Positions 8,704 through 18,197 are shown, counted from the stretch's first letter. The stretch: DNA of 64,000 nt from an uncultured Acidobacteriota bacterium (GCA_963815285.1 CAWFGB010000003.1:52027-116026), one strand, 5' to 3'. Translations and numbers: made by a program. The notes: a model not told the origin generated them from the letters alone.

Positions 8704-10590
8704 TTGCGGATCTTGCGTGCCTCGTGCTGCGCTGTCGTCTTGCTGTGTCTGCCGAGTTCGGCTTCTGCACAACGACAGTTGCACTGGGACAGCGTTGAAG
8801 TGGACGCCACGCTGGATGCCAACGGCACACTCCACGTGACGGAGACCCAGACCATGGTCTTCACTGGCACGTGGAATGGTGGCCAGCGCATCTTCAACGT
8901 GCGCCCGCGGCAGAAGCTGTCGCTCCTCGACATCTCCAGGTTGTACCCGGACGGGTGGCGCCGGCTGACCGAGGATCCCACCCTCGACAGCGTGGACGAC
9001 TACGGATGGGCGGAGAGACATACCTTGCGCTGGCGAAGTCGCGATCTGAGCGATCCGGATTTCGAGAACACGTCGATCAGCTATCGCCTTCGTTACGAGA
9101 TGGCCGGCATCCTGGTGAGGCAAGACACCGGCTACACGTTGAACCATGATTTCCTGTTCGCGGAACGCGAGGGCAGCGTCAACCGGTTTCAGTTGCACTT
9201 GACCCTCGATCCAGCGTGGCGACCGACCACCGTGGTTCCGGAGCGGTATAGCGCTGAACAGATCGCCCCGGGACATGGCTTCATCGTCACCCTGCCTCTG
9301 CAGTATTCAGGGACGCTCGACGTCGCGGTCGCATCGGAGCGGCCGCGAGGGGTAGTGATGGCGATCGGGTTCATGCTGCTGGCCCTCGGTGTCGGCCTCG
9401 CGGCGCTCTTCGTCCGTGAGAACCGTGTCGGACGATTTGCGCCCCTTGCCACCGGCATCGACGAGGCGTGGCTGCGCGAACACGTGCTCAAGTACCCGGC
9501 GGAGGTCGTCGGCGCGGCGTGGGACCAAGGAATCAGCACGCCAGAGGTCGTCGCGCTGATTGCCCGGATGGTCAGCGAAGGCAAGCTGGAAAGCGCGGTT
9601 GGCAAGCGCAGCTCCATGACGCTCTCCCTCAAGGTCGATCGCCAGGCGCTCGAGGGATACGAGCGGACGCTCGTCGATCGGCTCTTCTTCGGCGGCAGAA
9701 CCGAGACCAGCACGAAAGAGGTGCAGCAGCACTACAAGAGGAAAGGCTTCAATCCGGCGAACGAGATCAGGAAAGAGCTGAAAGCAGCCGTCGAGGGCGT
9801 GATCCCAGAGGGACCACAACCCCAGCGACTGCGATCCGCCGCTCTGGCCTCGTTCCTGGCTGGCATCGCGCTTCTGGGCGTCGACTTCTATGTGGTCCGG
9901 ATCCAACTTGGATCCGCCATCGTGATCGCGAGCGTTTCGGCGCTGCTCCTCGGCCTGGCTTCGGGAGCTGGCACGGCCTTCCGCGCCCAGATTCACTGGG
10001 GCTATCGCGCCGCGTGGGCGTGTCTTAGCCCGACTCTCGTGATGTTCGTGGCGGCCGTGACCTTCCTGTGGTACTTCGTCGGTTCTGGCGTCCTCGAGGC
10101 CTCGGGCTACCTCGTCGCCGCCGTCGTCGTCTTTGCGCTCGCGGTGCTGTTGACGTCCATCGACGCCATGATGACGCGCGAGCACAAGGACGCGGTGGCC
10201 TTTCGAAAGCGGCTGGCCGCAGGTCGCGCGTTTTTCATTGCAGAACTGAACAAGGAGACACCCGCGCTACGCGACGAGTGGCTTCCCTGGATCCTCGCGT
10301 TTGGACTAGCGCAGCGCATGGATGACTGGTCGGCACGGCAGCCAGGTTCGGGTCGGTCATCCGATGGCTCGAGCGCGACGACGTTCTCGTCAGGCTCGGG
10401 ATCGTCGTCGCCGGGTTGGAGCGGGTTCAGCGGAGGACGCTCGGGTGGCGCAGGGGCCGGCGCAGAATGGGTGACGGCGGCCAGCGGAATGGCCGCAGGG
10501 GTTGCGACGCCTGCAGCCAGCGGATCGAGTGGCAGCAGCAGCTCGAGCAGCAGCTCATCGTCCGGCGGCGGTGGCGGCGGCGGGTGGTAG
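8704..10590 (+). CDS. DUF2207-family membrane protein
   Basis: The ORF track starts at 8416, but the signal peptide LRILRASCCAVVLLCLPSSASAQ begins at an in-frame TTG at 8704 (or 8713). N-terminal beta-rich ectodomain, several TM helices, and the characteristic Ser/Gly tail ending GGGGGGGW. Confidence 0.7.
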   Translation: MRILRASCCAVVLLCLPSSASAQRQLHWDSVEVDATLDANGTLHVTETQTMVFTGTWNGGQRIFNVRPRQKLSLLDISRLYPDGWRRLTEDPTLDSVDDYGWAERHTLRWRSRDLSDPDFENTSISYRLRYEMAGILVRQDTGYTLNHDFLFAEREGSVNRFQLHLTLDPAWRPTTVVPERYSAEQIAPGHGFIVTLPLQYSGTLDVAVASERPRGVVMAIGFMLLALGVGLAALFVRENRVGRFAPLATGIDEAWLREHVLKYPAEVVGAAWDQGISTPEVVALIARMVSEGKLESAVGKRSSMTLSLKVDRQALEGYERTLVDRLFFGGRTETSTKEVQQHYKRKGFNPANEIRKELKAAVEGVIPEGPQPQRLRSAALASFLAGIALLGVDFYVVRIQLGSAIVIASVSALLLGLASGAGTAFRAQIHWGYRAAWACLSPTLVMFVAAVTFLWYFVGSGVLEASGYLVAAVVVFALAVLLTSIDAMMTREHKDAVAFRKRLAAGRAFFIAELNKETPALRDEWLPWILAFGLAQRMDDWSARQPGSGRSSDGSSATTFSSGSGSSSPGWSGFSGGRSGGAGAGAEWVTAASGMAAGVATPAASGSSGSSSSSSSSSSGGGGGGGW

Positions 10591-11286
10591 TGTCGTCGCC
10601 CCGCGCGCGCCGATGCGACACACGGCTTGTGTGACCGCTTGACAGTCGCTGAAGAATGCGTGCGTCATCTCCACATGGGCACGGCCTTCTATCGCTGAAC
10701 CCCAACCCGGCACTCTCGAGTACTTGCCTGGTTCGTGCTTCTTGTAGATTTTGAAATACTCGCCAATCCTCTGCTGGTCAGCGTCAGTCAACTCGTGTCG
10801 CGGACGCCCGCGATCGTCGGGGAGAGACAGGACCACTTTTGAATCGATGCCCTTTTCGTCCTCCATCAGCATCAGGCCGACGATCAGGCCCCTGACGACA
10901 CCCCCGCCGGTCAGCGGTGGACCGAGGACCAGCGCGTCGAACGGATCGCCGTCGTATGACACGGTCTGTGGCACAAAGCCGTAGTTGACAGGATAGCCGC
11001 CGATGTCCGCCGGCATGACTCGATCAATTCGGCGTTCGTTGGCCCGCATGTCGAATTCCCACTTACGCCGATCGTCGCGGGCGATCTCGACATACGCGTT
11101 CACGGACCCATCGGCATTCACCGGTGGCGTGTCGCGCCAGATATGTCGTGCGTGGCCCGACGCCGACGAGAGACTCGCCACCAGCGTCTTGTGAGCAGTT
11201 TCCGGAAGCACGTTGCCGGGTTGTGGCAGTGCCTGTGCGGCCAACGCACACGGGATCGCGACGAGCAACAGCATTCTCAACGGCAT
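10555..11286 (-). CDS. ppa: Family I inorganic pyrophosphatase with N-terminal signal peptide
   Basis: VNAYVEIARDDRRKWEFD and YPVNYGFVPQTVSYDGDPFDALVLG are classic family I PPase blocks. N-terminus is MPLRMLLLVAIPCALAAQA. The ORF track extends to 11322. Confidence 0.85.
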   Translation of the reverse strand: MPLRMLLLVAIPCALAAQALPQPGNVLPETAHKTLVASLSSASGHARHIWRDTPPVNADGSVNAYVEIARDDRRKWEFDMRANERRIDRVMPADIGGYPVNYGFVPQTVSYDGDPFDALVLGPPLTGGGVVRGLIVGLMLMEDEKGIDSKVVLSLPDDRGRPRHELTDADQQRIGEYFKIYKKHEPGKYSRVPGWGSAIEGRAHVEMTHAFFSDCQAVTQAVCRIGARGATTLPPAAATAAGR

Positions 11287-11352
11287 CACACGGCTGACCT
11301 CGGCGCCTCGTCTGTCTGACATTTATCGCAGGTTCATCTGGCAATCAGTATT

Positions 11353-12282
11353 GTGTATCTCATGTCAGCCCAGGCAGCACCCACACGACGCGCACGGCCG
11401 ACGATGGTCGTGTCCATTGTTATCGCACTGGTTGCGATAGAGGCGCAGACCTCAGCCGTGTGGACGGTCCAACAGTCCGCCGCACCAGCTTGTCGGCCAG
11501 CCGGCCCGGTCGTCAGAGTGCCTGCCCTGACGGAAGGGAGCGGTGTGGCCGTGAGCCGACAAAAGCCGGGGCGTGCATGGGCTCACAACGATTCCGGGAA
11601 ACCTGTGCTCGTCGCGCTTGACGACCAAGGGGCGGTCATCGGACAACTGCAACTGACCGGTGCCCGGGTGGAGGACTGGGAAGCGATCGCGACCGGCCCC
11701 TGTCCCGCCGGATCCTGTCTGTACATCGGCGATATCGGCGACAACTCCGGAGGACGCAAACAGATCACGGTCTATCGTGTGCCTGAGCCCACGAGCACTG
11801 CGCAATCGGCCGATGCGCGAGATGTTTTTCACGCCACTTATCCTGACGGCGCTCACGATGCCGAGGCGCTGCTCGTCACGCCGAAGGGTGACATCTACAT
11901 CGTGACCAAAGGTGAGACCGGGCCGTCGGCTGTCTATCGCTTCCCCCGTGACATCAAAAACGAGGCAACCGTCGAGCTCGAACGCATCGGAACACCACGT
12001 AAGACCGCCAAGGCCGCAGCGGACGATAGAATCACCGATGGCGCCGTGTCGCCGAACGGGGCATGGGTCGCGCTGCGCACGAGGAACGACGTGCTCTTCT
12101 ATCAGTCCGCCGACTTACTCACGGGCAACTGGCGCGAAGCCGGGCGGGTCAACCTCGCCGCGTTAAGGGAGCCTCAGGGAGAAGCCATCTCGTTCGCGGA
12201 TGACCAGACGTTGTTTCTCGTCGGCGAGGGTGGCGGCAAATCACAGCCGGGGACGTTCGCCCGCCTGATGTGCACCTTCTGA
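11353..12282 (+). CDS. Hypothetical protein, beta-propeller-like
   Basis: 309-aa ORF with GC-rich third positions. Repeated strand motifs (HNDSGKPVLVAL, DWEAIATG, IGDIGDN, GDIYIVTKGE, SPNGAWVALRT). The start is uncertain. Confidence 0.6.
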   Translation: MYLMSAQAAPTRRARPTMVVSIVIALVAIEAQTSAVWTVQQSAAPACRPAGPVVRVPALTEGSGVAVSRQKPGRAWAHNDSGKPVLVALDDQGAVIGQLQLTGARVEDWEAIATGPCPAGSCLYIGDIGDNSGGRKQITVYRVPEPTSTAQSADARDVFHATYPDGAHDAEALLVTPKGDIYIVTKGETGPSAVYRFPRDIKNEATVELERIGTPRKTAKAAADDRITDGAVSPNGAWVALRTRNDVLFYQSADLLTGNWREAGRVNLAALREPQGEAISFADDQTLFLVGEGGGKSQPGTFARLMCTF

Positions 12283-12974
12283 TGAGGATTCTGGTTGTTG
12301 AAGACGAGTCCGAAGCGGCGGCGGTGCTTGCCAAGGGCCTTCGCGAGCACTCTTTCGCCGTCGATATCGCAGCGGACGGTCACGCGGCTCTCGAACAATA
12401 CAGCGTCAACGACTACGACCTGGTCATCCTCGACATCATGCTCCCAGGCCTCAACGGCCTCGAGCTATGCCGTCGCCTCAGGCACGATGGCGCGTCCGTG
12501 CCCATCCTGATGCTGACGGCGCGCGGTGAGCCCGATCAACGAGTCCAGGGTCTCGACGTCGGCGCCGACGACTACTTGCCGAAGCCGTATCACTTTCCAG
12601 AACTACTGGCGCGCCTGCGCGCCTTGCTTCGCCGCGGACCGGCGCTCGCCGCCTCCGTGCTGACCATCGACGACCTCCGGATCGACACTCGCGCCCGGAG
12701 CGTGGAGCGTGGCCAACAGACCATAGCGCTCACGACGAAGGAATATGCACTGCTCGATTACCTCGCGCGGCGTCAGGGTGAAGTGGTCGGCCGTGCCGAT
12801 ATCGCCGAACACGTCTGGGACGATTCCTTCGATCCCCTGTCGAACCTGATCGAGGTCTACATCCAGCGTCTGCGCCGGAAGATCGACGACGGTCACCCGG
12901 TGCCGCTCATTCACACCCGTCGGGGTGCGGGCTACGTGCTCACGCCCGAACCCCATGACGCCACTGAAGATTGA
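12282..12974 (+). CDS. OmpR/PhoB-family response regulator
   Basis: MRILVVEDE..DLVILDIMLPGLNGLE receiver plus winged-helix domain (IHTRRGAGYVL). The ATG overlaps the upstream TGA by 1 nt. Confidence 0.9.
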   Translation: MRILVVEDESEAAAVLAKGLREHSFAVDIAADGHAALEQYSVNDYDLVILDIMLPGLNGLELCRRLRHDGASVPILMLTARGEPDQRVQGLDVGADDYLPKPYHFPELLARLRALLRRGPALAASVLTIDDLRIDTRARSVERGQQTIALTTKEYALLDYLARRQGEVVGRADIAEHVWDDSFDPLSNLIEVYIQRLRRKIDDGHPVPLIHTRRGAGYVLTPEPHDATED

Positions 12975-14376
12975 GTCGGTTCGCGCCCGCCTGACGCTCT
13001 ACTACGTGAGCGCACTCGCAGTTGCGCTGATCCTGGTCGCCGGCATGATCTACGTGCTGCTGGCGCAGGCCCTCTACGCACGGATTGACGAGACGCTGGA
13101 TGCGCTGATGCAGACGACGAGCAACTCGCTGCACAACGACCTCGACGAAGGCCAGGGAATCGACGGCGCCGCGCGAAGCACCGCCGCCGAGCTCGCCTCG
13201 CGGCTGCAGATGCTGGCCATTTACAACAGTACCGGTGGGCTGCTGGCTGAAGAACAGCGCGACGACGATCTGGAGATCGCCCTCCCTCCGCTCGACACCA
13301 TCCCACGCGATAACCCCCTGTTCATCACGGTCGCCGAAGCAGGTGATGCCGACGACCGCCATCGGCTGGCTCTGCAGCGTTTGACCATCAGGCCCTACGA
13401 AACCGAGTTCATCGTCGTGGCCGGCAGCTCCCTGGAGCCAACGGACGAAGAGCTCGAGGCACTGCGGCGGATTCTCATGTATGTCGTCCCGATCGCCCTC
13501 GCCGCAGCCGGACTCGGCGGCTGGTTCCTCGCGCACCGGAGCCTGTCTCCCGTGGTGGCGATGGCCGAGCGCGCGCGCAAGATTGGCGTCGAGGATTTGA
13601 GCCTGCGACTGCCGATCGCCAACCCGTACGACGAGCTCGGCCAGCTGGCCGCGACGTTCAACGAGCTGCTGGCCCGGCTCGAAGCGTCGCTCAATCTGCA
13701 GCGCCAGTTCATGGCTGACGCGTCGCACGAACTTCGCACCCCGGTCACGACGACGAGGACTGCCGCGACGGTGGCGTTACAGCAACCGCATCGCGACGAG
13801 AGTGACTACCGCGAGGCCCTGGTCATCATCGAGCAGCAGGCCGCACGACTCTCGCGAATCGTCGAGGACCTGTTCACGCTCGCGCGTGCGGATGCGGGCA
13901 ACTACCCAGTGCGTCGCGACGCGATGTATCTCGATGAGGTCATCGACGAAGTCGTGCGCGCCGCCCGCGTCGTGGCGTCCACGAAGGAGGTGCGGGTTGA
14001 GCTCGACAACATCGCGTCGGCGGCGTGGACCGGCGACGAGGACCTGATTCGCCGCCTCGTCGGCAACCTGCTGGACAACGCCATCCGGCATTCGCCGCGC
14101 GGCAGCGCGGTCAGCCTCACGCTGGAGCAAACAACGGCGGCATTCACCATCGTGGTCAGCGACGCGGGCCCTGGCATCCCGCCCGAAATGCAGCCGCACA
14201 TCTTCGAGCGTTTTTTTGCCGATCGATCGCGGGCACGCGGCAGAAAGGATGGCGGCGCAGGGCTGGGTCTGGCGATGGTTCGCTGGATTGCCCACGTGCA
14301 TGGGGGTGAGGTGTCGCTGACGCAATCGTCGGAGGCCGGCAGCACCTTCACCGTCTGGCTTCCGCGGCTCAGCTGA
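12955..14376 (+). CDS. Sensor histidine kinase (HAMP-HisKA-HATPase)
   Basis: H-box ADASHELRTPVT, N-box LLDNAIRHSP, G-boxes DAGPGIP and GGAGLGLAMV. Two TM helices. Overlaps the response-regulator gene end. Confidence 0.9.
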   Translation: MTPLKIESVRARLTLYYVSALAVALILVAGMIYVLLAQALYARIDETLDALMQTTSNSLHNDLDEGQGIDGAARSTAAELASRLQMLAIYNSTGGLLAEEQRDDDLEIALPPLDTIPRDNPLFITVAEAGDADDRHRLALQRLTIRPYETEFIVVAGSSLEPTDEELEALRRILMYVVPIALAAAGLGGWFLAHRSLSPVVAMAERARKIGVEDLSLRLPIANPYDELGQLAATFNELLARLEASLNLQRQFMADASHELRTPVTTTRTAATVALQQPHRDESDYREALVIIEQQAARLSRIVEDLFTLARADAGNYPVRRDAMYLDEVIDEVVRAARVVASTKEVRVELDNIASAAWTGDEDLIRRLVGNLLDNAIRHSPRGSAVSLTLEQTTAAFTIVVSDAGPGIPPEMQPHIFERFFADRSRARGRKDGGAGLGLAMVRWIAHVHGGEVSLTQSSEAGSTFTVWLPRLS

Positions 14377-14476
14377 AGCTCTGGCGCGCACGTTTATGTT
14401 CCGTTCATGCGCCTGTTGGTACGCTTCTCGTAAGAGTCAGCGAGGGATCTCGCAGCATTCAGCGAGAGGAGACGTT

Positions 14477-14926
14477 ATGACGGACAAGCGGCAACTGATA
14501 CCTATCGCCGGGCTTATCGCTATAGTCGCCGCCGCCATGTATATGGTGTCGCAGCTCGACGCGCAAACGCCGGTGGTGAAGGGGAATTTCTCGAACGCAG
14601 CCATCGCGGAGGTCAGAGACAGCCAGGCCCAGGTCATCCTTCGCGGCGGATTCGCGGCCGTGGAAGAAGATGACGATGACATCGAGCGTAAGGCGACGCT
14701 CGCGCCAATCGGGCCCGACACTGATGCCGCGGGCGAGGCCGAGGTGGAAACGACGAAGGACACGCCGGCTCGACAGGAGATCGAGTTCTCGATTCGCAAT
14801 GTCGAGCCAGGGGCGGTGTTCATGTTCGTGATCGACGGACAGGATGTGGGCACGGCCTCCGCCGATCAACGCGGCCGCGCCGAACTCGAGGTCGAGAGCC
14901 TCGCGAGCTCACCCGGGCAACATTGA
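14477..14926 (+). CDS. Small secreted/anchored acidic hypothetical protein
   Basis: ATG at 14477 preceded by GAGAGGAG. Hydrophobic N-terminus IPIAGLIAIVAAAMYMV. EEDDDDIE acidic patch. Confidence 0.6.
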   Translation: MTDKRQLIPIAGLIAIVAAAMYMVSQLDAQTPVVKGNFSNAAIAEVRDSQAQVILRGGFAAVEEDDDDIERKATLAPIGPDTDAAGEAEVETTKDTPARQEIEFSIRNVEPGAVFMFVIDGQDVGTASADQRGRAELEVESLASSPGQH

Positions 14927-15046
14927 TAGGACACCGAGCGCGCTGATCCGGGCGAACGATCTCGTTCCGGGCGTTCGTACCTCCGTATCGCTGCCCGCCG
15001 GCTTGCCGGGATGGCGCCGGTAGGTTCGATGCTGGAGGGCAGGCAG

Positions 15047-15883
15047 TCAACGCGGCGCGATCTGACAATCCGCCGCGTTGGGGTTGTTCGGCGCATCCTG
15101 CGGGTGCGGCCCGCCTCCTCGCCTCGCCTCGTCGGCGACGGCAATCCGCTTGTTGACGAATAGCACCTCGTACGCCCACGCTGGAAACGGCTCGGAGCCT
15201 TCGACGCAGCTGAAGTTGTTGAAATGCAGGTGTGCGACGTGGAACCGCTGCTTCAGCCGCGCGACGACTCGTGGGTACTTCACGTCGTCACTCCGATGGA
15301 ACTCGACGGCAATCTGATCGAACTGTTCGAGGACCTCCACGGGCGCGTGCAGAAAGGCATCCCATTCGGCGCCTTCGACATCGATCTTCAGGACGAGTCG
15401 CTGGCCGGCGTCGCCATTGCGCGCAAACTGATTCTTGAATGTGTCGAACCGACGGCCCTCGTCGACCCGGGTGGTGTCTGCAATGCATTCCGCATGAAAG
15501 AGCGTGTCGCCGCCCGGACACGCCGGCTGCTGCGTATTGAAGCAGTCGTACTGGTGCACGCGGACTCCGAGTTTGGTGGACACGTCGCACCCCCACTGGT
15601 CGTAGCCGGAGATGCCATATGAATAGCCTGCCTGGACGTCACCCAGTAAGTTGCCGCACAACAGGTAGCCGCCATCGTGTGGCTCACCGAAACGCTGAAG
15701 GTCGCAGTTGGCAAGGGCGACGGGTTGCAGCAGGTCGAACAATTCCCGCCGGGCGCGCGCGAGCTCCAGCGCCGCCAGCGCCGTCATCTGGCGGTTGTTG
15801 TAGACCTTGATCTGATTACGGACGACAAGCACCGTCACGACAACGAAGATGCCGCCGAGCACAAGCCAGAGCCTGCGCGTCAC
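15047..15883 (-). CDS. Membrane-anchored FkbM/METTL24-like (Methyltransf_21/22) methyltransferase
   Basis: N-terminal TM LWLVLGGIFVVVTVLVV. HDGGYLLC, YSYGISGYDQWGCDV, VHQYDCF and LKIDVEGAEWDAF match the pattern I recall for the METTL24-like family. Confidence 0.65.
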   Translation of the reverse strand: MTRRLWLVLGGIFVVVTVLVVRNQIKVYNNRQMTALAALELARARRELFDLLQPVALANCDLQRFGEPHDGGYLLCGNLLGDVQAGYSYGISGYDQWGCDVSTKLGVRVHQYDCFNTQQPACPGGDTLFHAECIADTTRVDEGRRFDTFKNQFARNGDAGQRLVLKIDVEGAEWDAFLHAPVEVLEQFDQIAVEFHRSDDVKYPRVVARLKQRFHVAHLHFNNFSCVEGSEPFPAWAYEVLFVNKRIAVADEARRGGGPHPQDAPNNPNAADCQIAPR

Positions 15884-15998
15884 CGGCGCATCCTAGCATT
15901 ACGACGAATCGTCCCACGATTGGTCCCGCGCGGTTCCGGAAGTCCTGGAACTTTTTTCCGCCCACAACTGAATACCAGTCAAGAGCGTCGAACAGCCA

Positions 15999-16601
15999 GT
16001 GCCGACTCCCCCGCCATCAGACTCCGCACCGGAGGAAGAGCTGCTGCAGCAGATTGCGGCCGGGCAGGCGCAGGCGCTCGTGATGTTGTTTCGCCGGCGC
16101 CGCCGCGAGGTCCACAGGTTTGCGGCGCACATGACCGGCTCGCCCACCACGGCGGAAGACGTTACGCAGGACGTCTTCATGACGGTCATGCGCGAGGCCG
16201 GGAACTACGACAGTCGGCGCGGCACCGTCATCGCGTGGCTGCTCGGCATCACCCGCAACCACGCGCGGCGGCGTCTTGCGCGGGACCGCTGGCTGCGGCC
16301 GCTCGATGACCAGGCGACCCAGAGCCACAACGGTCGGGCGAGCGCGCTCGACCCGACCGACGAACTCGAGCGTGCCGCGCGCATCGACGCGGTGCGCGGA
16401 GCGGTGATGGCCTTGCCAGTCCGCTACCGCGAAGTCGTGCTGTTGTGCGATCTCGAAGAACTGAGCTACGCCGACGCGGCGGCGGCGCTCTGCTGCGCGG
16501 TCGGCACCGTGCGCTCGCGGCTGCATCGCGGCCGCGCCCTGTTGGCGGAGAAACTGAGAAAGGCACCCCATGGATCACGACCTGCTATCGCCACTGCGTG
16601 A
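15999..16601 (+). CDS. ECF-type RNA polymerase sigma-70 factor
   Basis: Region 2 is AEDVTQDVFMTVMREAGNYD. Region 4 is LPVRYREVVLLCDLEELSYADAAAALCCAVGTVRSRLHRGR. Confidence 0.85.
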   Translation: MPTPPPSDSAPEEELLQQIAAGQAQALVMLFRRRRREVHRFAAHMTGSPTTAEDVTQDVFMTVMREAGNYDSRRGTVIAWLLGITRNHARRRLARDRWLRPLDDQATQSHNGRASALDPTDELERAARIDAVRGAVMALPVRYREVVLLCDLEELSYADAAAALCCAVGTVRSRLHRGRALLAEKLRKAPHGSRPAIATA

Positions 16602-17175
16602 CCCGCGCGCGCTCGCGGAACCCGACTGGCAAGCCATGGAAGATCGGCTGCACGCGTCGTGTATCGCCGGGCAGACAGCGCCGGTGACGGCTGTCGGCTC
16701 GCAGATCCCGGACTGGCGCCGGTGGATGGCGGCCGCTGCCGCCGTGGGCATGGCGGCGGCCATCACGTTCTACACGGTGCCGTCACGCAATATCCGGCTA
16801 CAGCCACAGCCGCAGCCACAGCCGGGAACGGTGCGACCAGCGCCCCGGCCCATGACCCAGCCAGAACCAGGGCGCATCGAGGCGGCGCCGGTGCCGGCAA
16901 CACCGCCGCGGCCGCGCCGGCGGGTGACGCGACCGCCGGCCGCCGCAGTGGTCGAGGCGCGACTGAACGAGTTCATTCTCTTGCCGGGAGCGTTTGCCCT
17001 GCCGGACTTCGAAAGTGGCCGCATCGTGCGCATGGAAGTTCCGCTCACGGGGCTGCCCGCGTTCGGGATCGATCTAGTGCCTGATGCCGGTCCCGCGGCT
17101 GTGGAAGCAGATTTTCTGATTGGTCAGGACGGGTTGCCGCGCGCGATTCGCCTGGCCTCGACGAGAGCGCAGTAA
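16570..17175 (+). CDS. Putative anti-sigma factor (single-pass membrane protein)
   Basis: Overlaps the sigma gene end. One TM WMAAAAAVGMAAAITFY. QPQPQPQP and Pro-rich linker. No zf-HC2 motif seen, so the role rests on position only. Confidence 0.5.
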   Translation: MDHDLLSPLRDPRALAEPDWQAMEDRLHASCIAGQTAPVTAVGSQIPDWRRWMAAAAAVGMAAAITFYTVPSRNIRLQPQPQPQPGTVRPAPRPMTQPEPGRIEAAPVPATPPRPRRRVTRPPAAAVVEARLNEFILLPGAFALPDFESGRIVRMEVPLTGLPAFGIDLVPDAGPAAVEADFLIGQDGLPRAIRLASTRAQ

Positions 17176-17258
17176 ATGGCGGGGCTGAAGCCCCACCCTC
17201 CAAGACATGTGAACACAGCAGGACGGCGGGCTTCAGCTCCCGCCCAGAGGAGACACTG

Positions 17259-18197
17259 ATGAAACGAACACTCGCCATCGCCGGTTTGATGACCGCGCTC
17301 ATCGCGCCGGCCGCGGCGCAGAATCAGGCCACCAGCGCCGACCGCAAGCAGGCGGTCGAACTCAGCACGCAGGCCAGCGGCATTGCGCGGACCGCGCTCG
17401 AAACGCGGGTCACCAAGGGCCAGCCGTACACTGCCGAAGCAGTCACCGAGTTCATCCAGGTGCTCGGCGACGGCAACCGCATCGTCCGCAGGTCGAGCGC
17501 ACGGCTGTATCGCGACGGAGAGGGCCGCACCCGCCGTGAAGACCTCACCGAGAGCGGCGCGCTGTCTGACAAGCACAGCGTCGTCATCACCGATCCGGTC
17601 AACGGCAACAGCTTCGTGCTCGACGCGAGCACGAAGACGGCGTTCAAGTCCCCGGCGATGTTCGCATATGTCCAATCCGGCGCGGCCGGCGTTGGCGGCA
17701 CCTACGATGTGACGCTCAGCGCGACGGCCAGGCCACGGGTCGCGATCGAGACCGCTTCCCCCGGCGAAGCCGAGGCCAGGCGGAAGGCCGAAACCGCGGC
17801 GCGTTTCACGGTGTCGACCGCGGGGGGCGGCGAGGTGTCCACGTTTACGTTCGCTGAAGGCGGCTCCTGGGTGGCCGCCGGTGGCAGGGGCGAAACCACC
17901 AAAGAGGATCTCGGCTCGCAAGTGATCGAGGGTGTGAACGCCAATGGGACCCGAAGCACCACGGTCATTCCGGCCGGGGCCGTCGGCAACGAACAGCCCA
18001 TCACGATCCTGTCAGAGCAGTGGTTTTCGCCGGATCTCGAAATGCTGGTGCTGACCAAACACAGCGATCCGCGCGTCGGCGAGACCACCTATCGCCTCAC
18101 GAACATTGCTCGCGCGGAGCCAGATCGTTCGTTGTTCCAGGTGCCGGCGGACTATACCCTCAAGGATCGACAGCCGCTCTTGCGCCGCCAGCAATAG
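17259..18197 (+). CDS. Secreted hypothetical protein downstream of the ECF module
   Basis: Signal peptide MKRTLAIAGLMTALIAPAAAQ preceded by GAGGAG. 312 aa, beta-rich. Confidence 0.65.
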   Translation: MKRTLAIAGLMTALIAPAAAQNQATSADRKQAVELSTQASGIARTALETRVTKGQPYTAEAVTEFIQVLGDGNRIVRRSSARLYRDGEGRTRREDLTESGALSDKHSVVITDPVNGNSFVLDASTKTAFKSPAMFAYVQSGAAGVGGTYDVTLSATARPRVAIETASPGEAEARRKAETAARFTVSTAGGGEVSTFTFAEGGSWVAAGGRGETTKEDLGSQVIEGVNANGTRSTTVIPAGAVGNEQPITILSEQWFSPDLEMLVLTKHSDPRVGETTYRLTNIARAEPDRSLFQVPADYTLKDRQPLLRRQQ

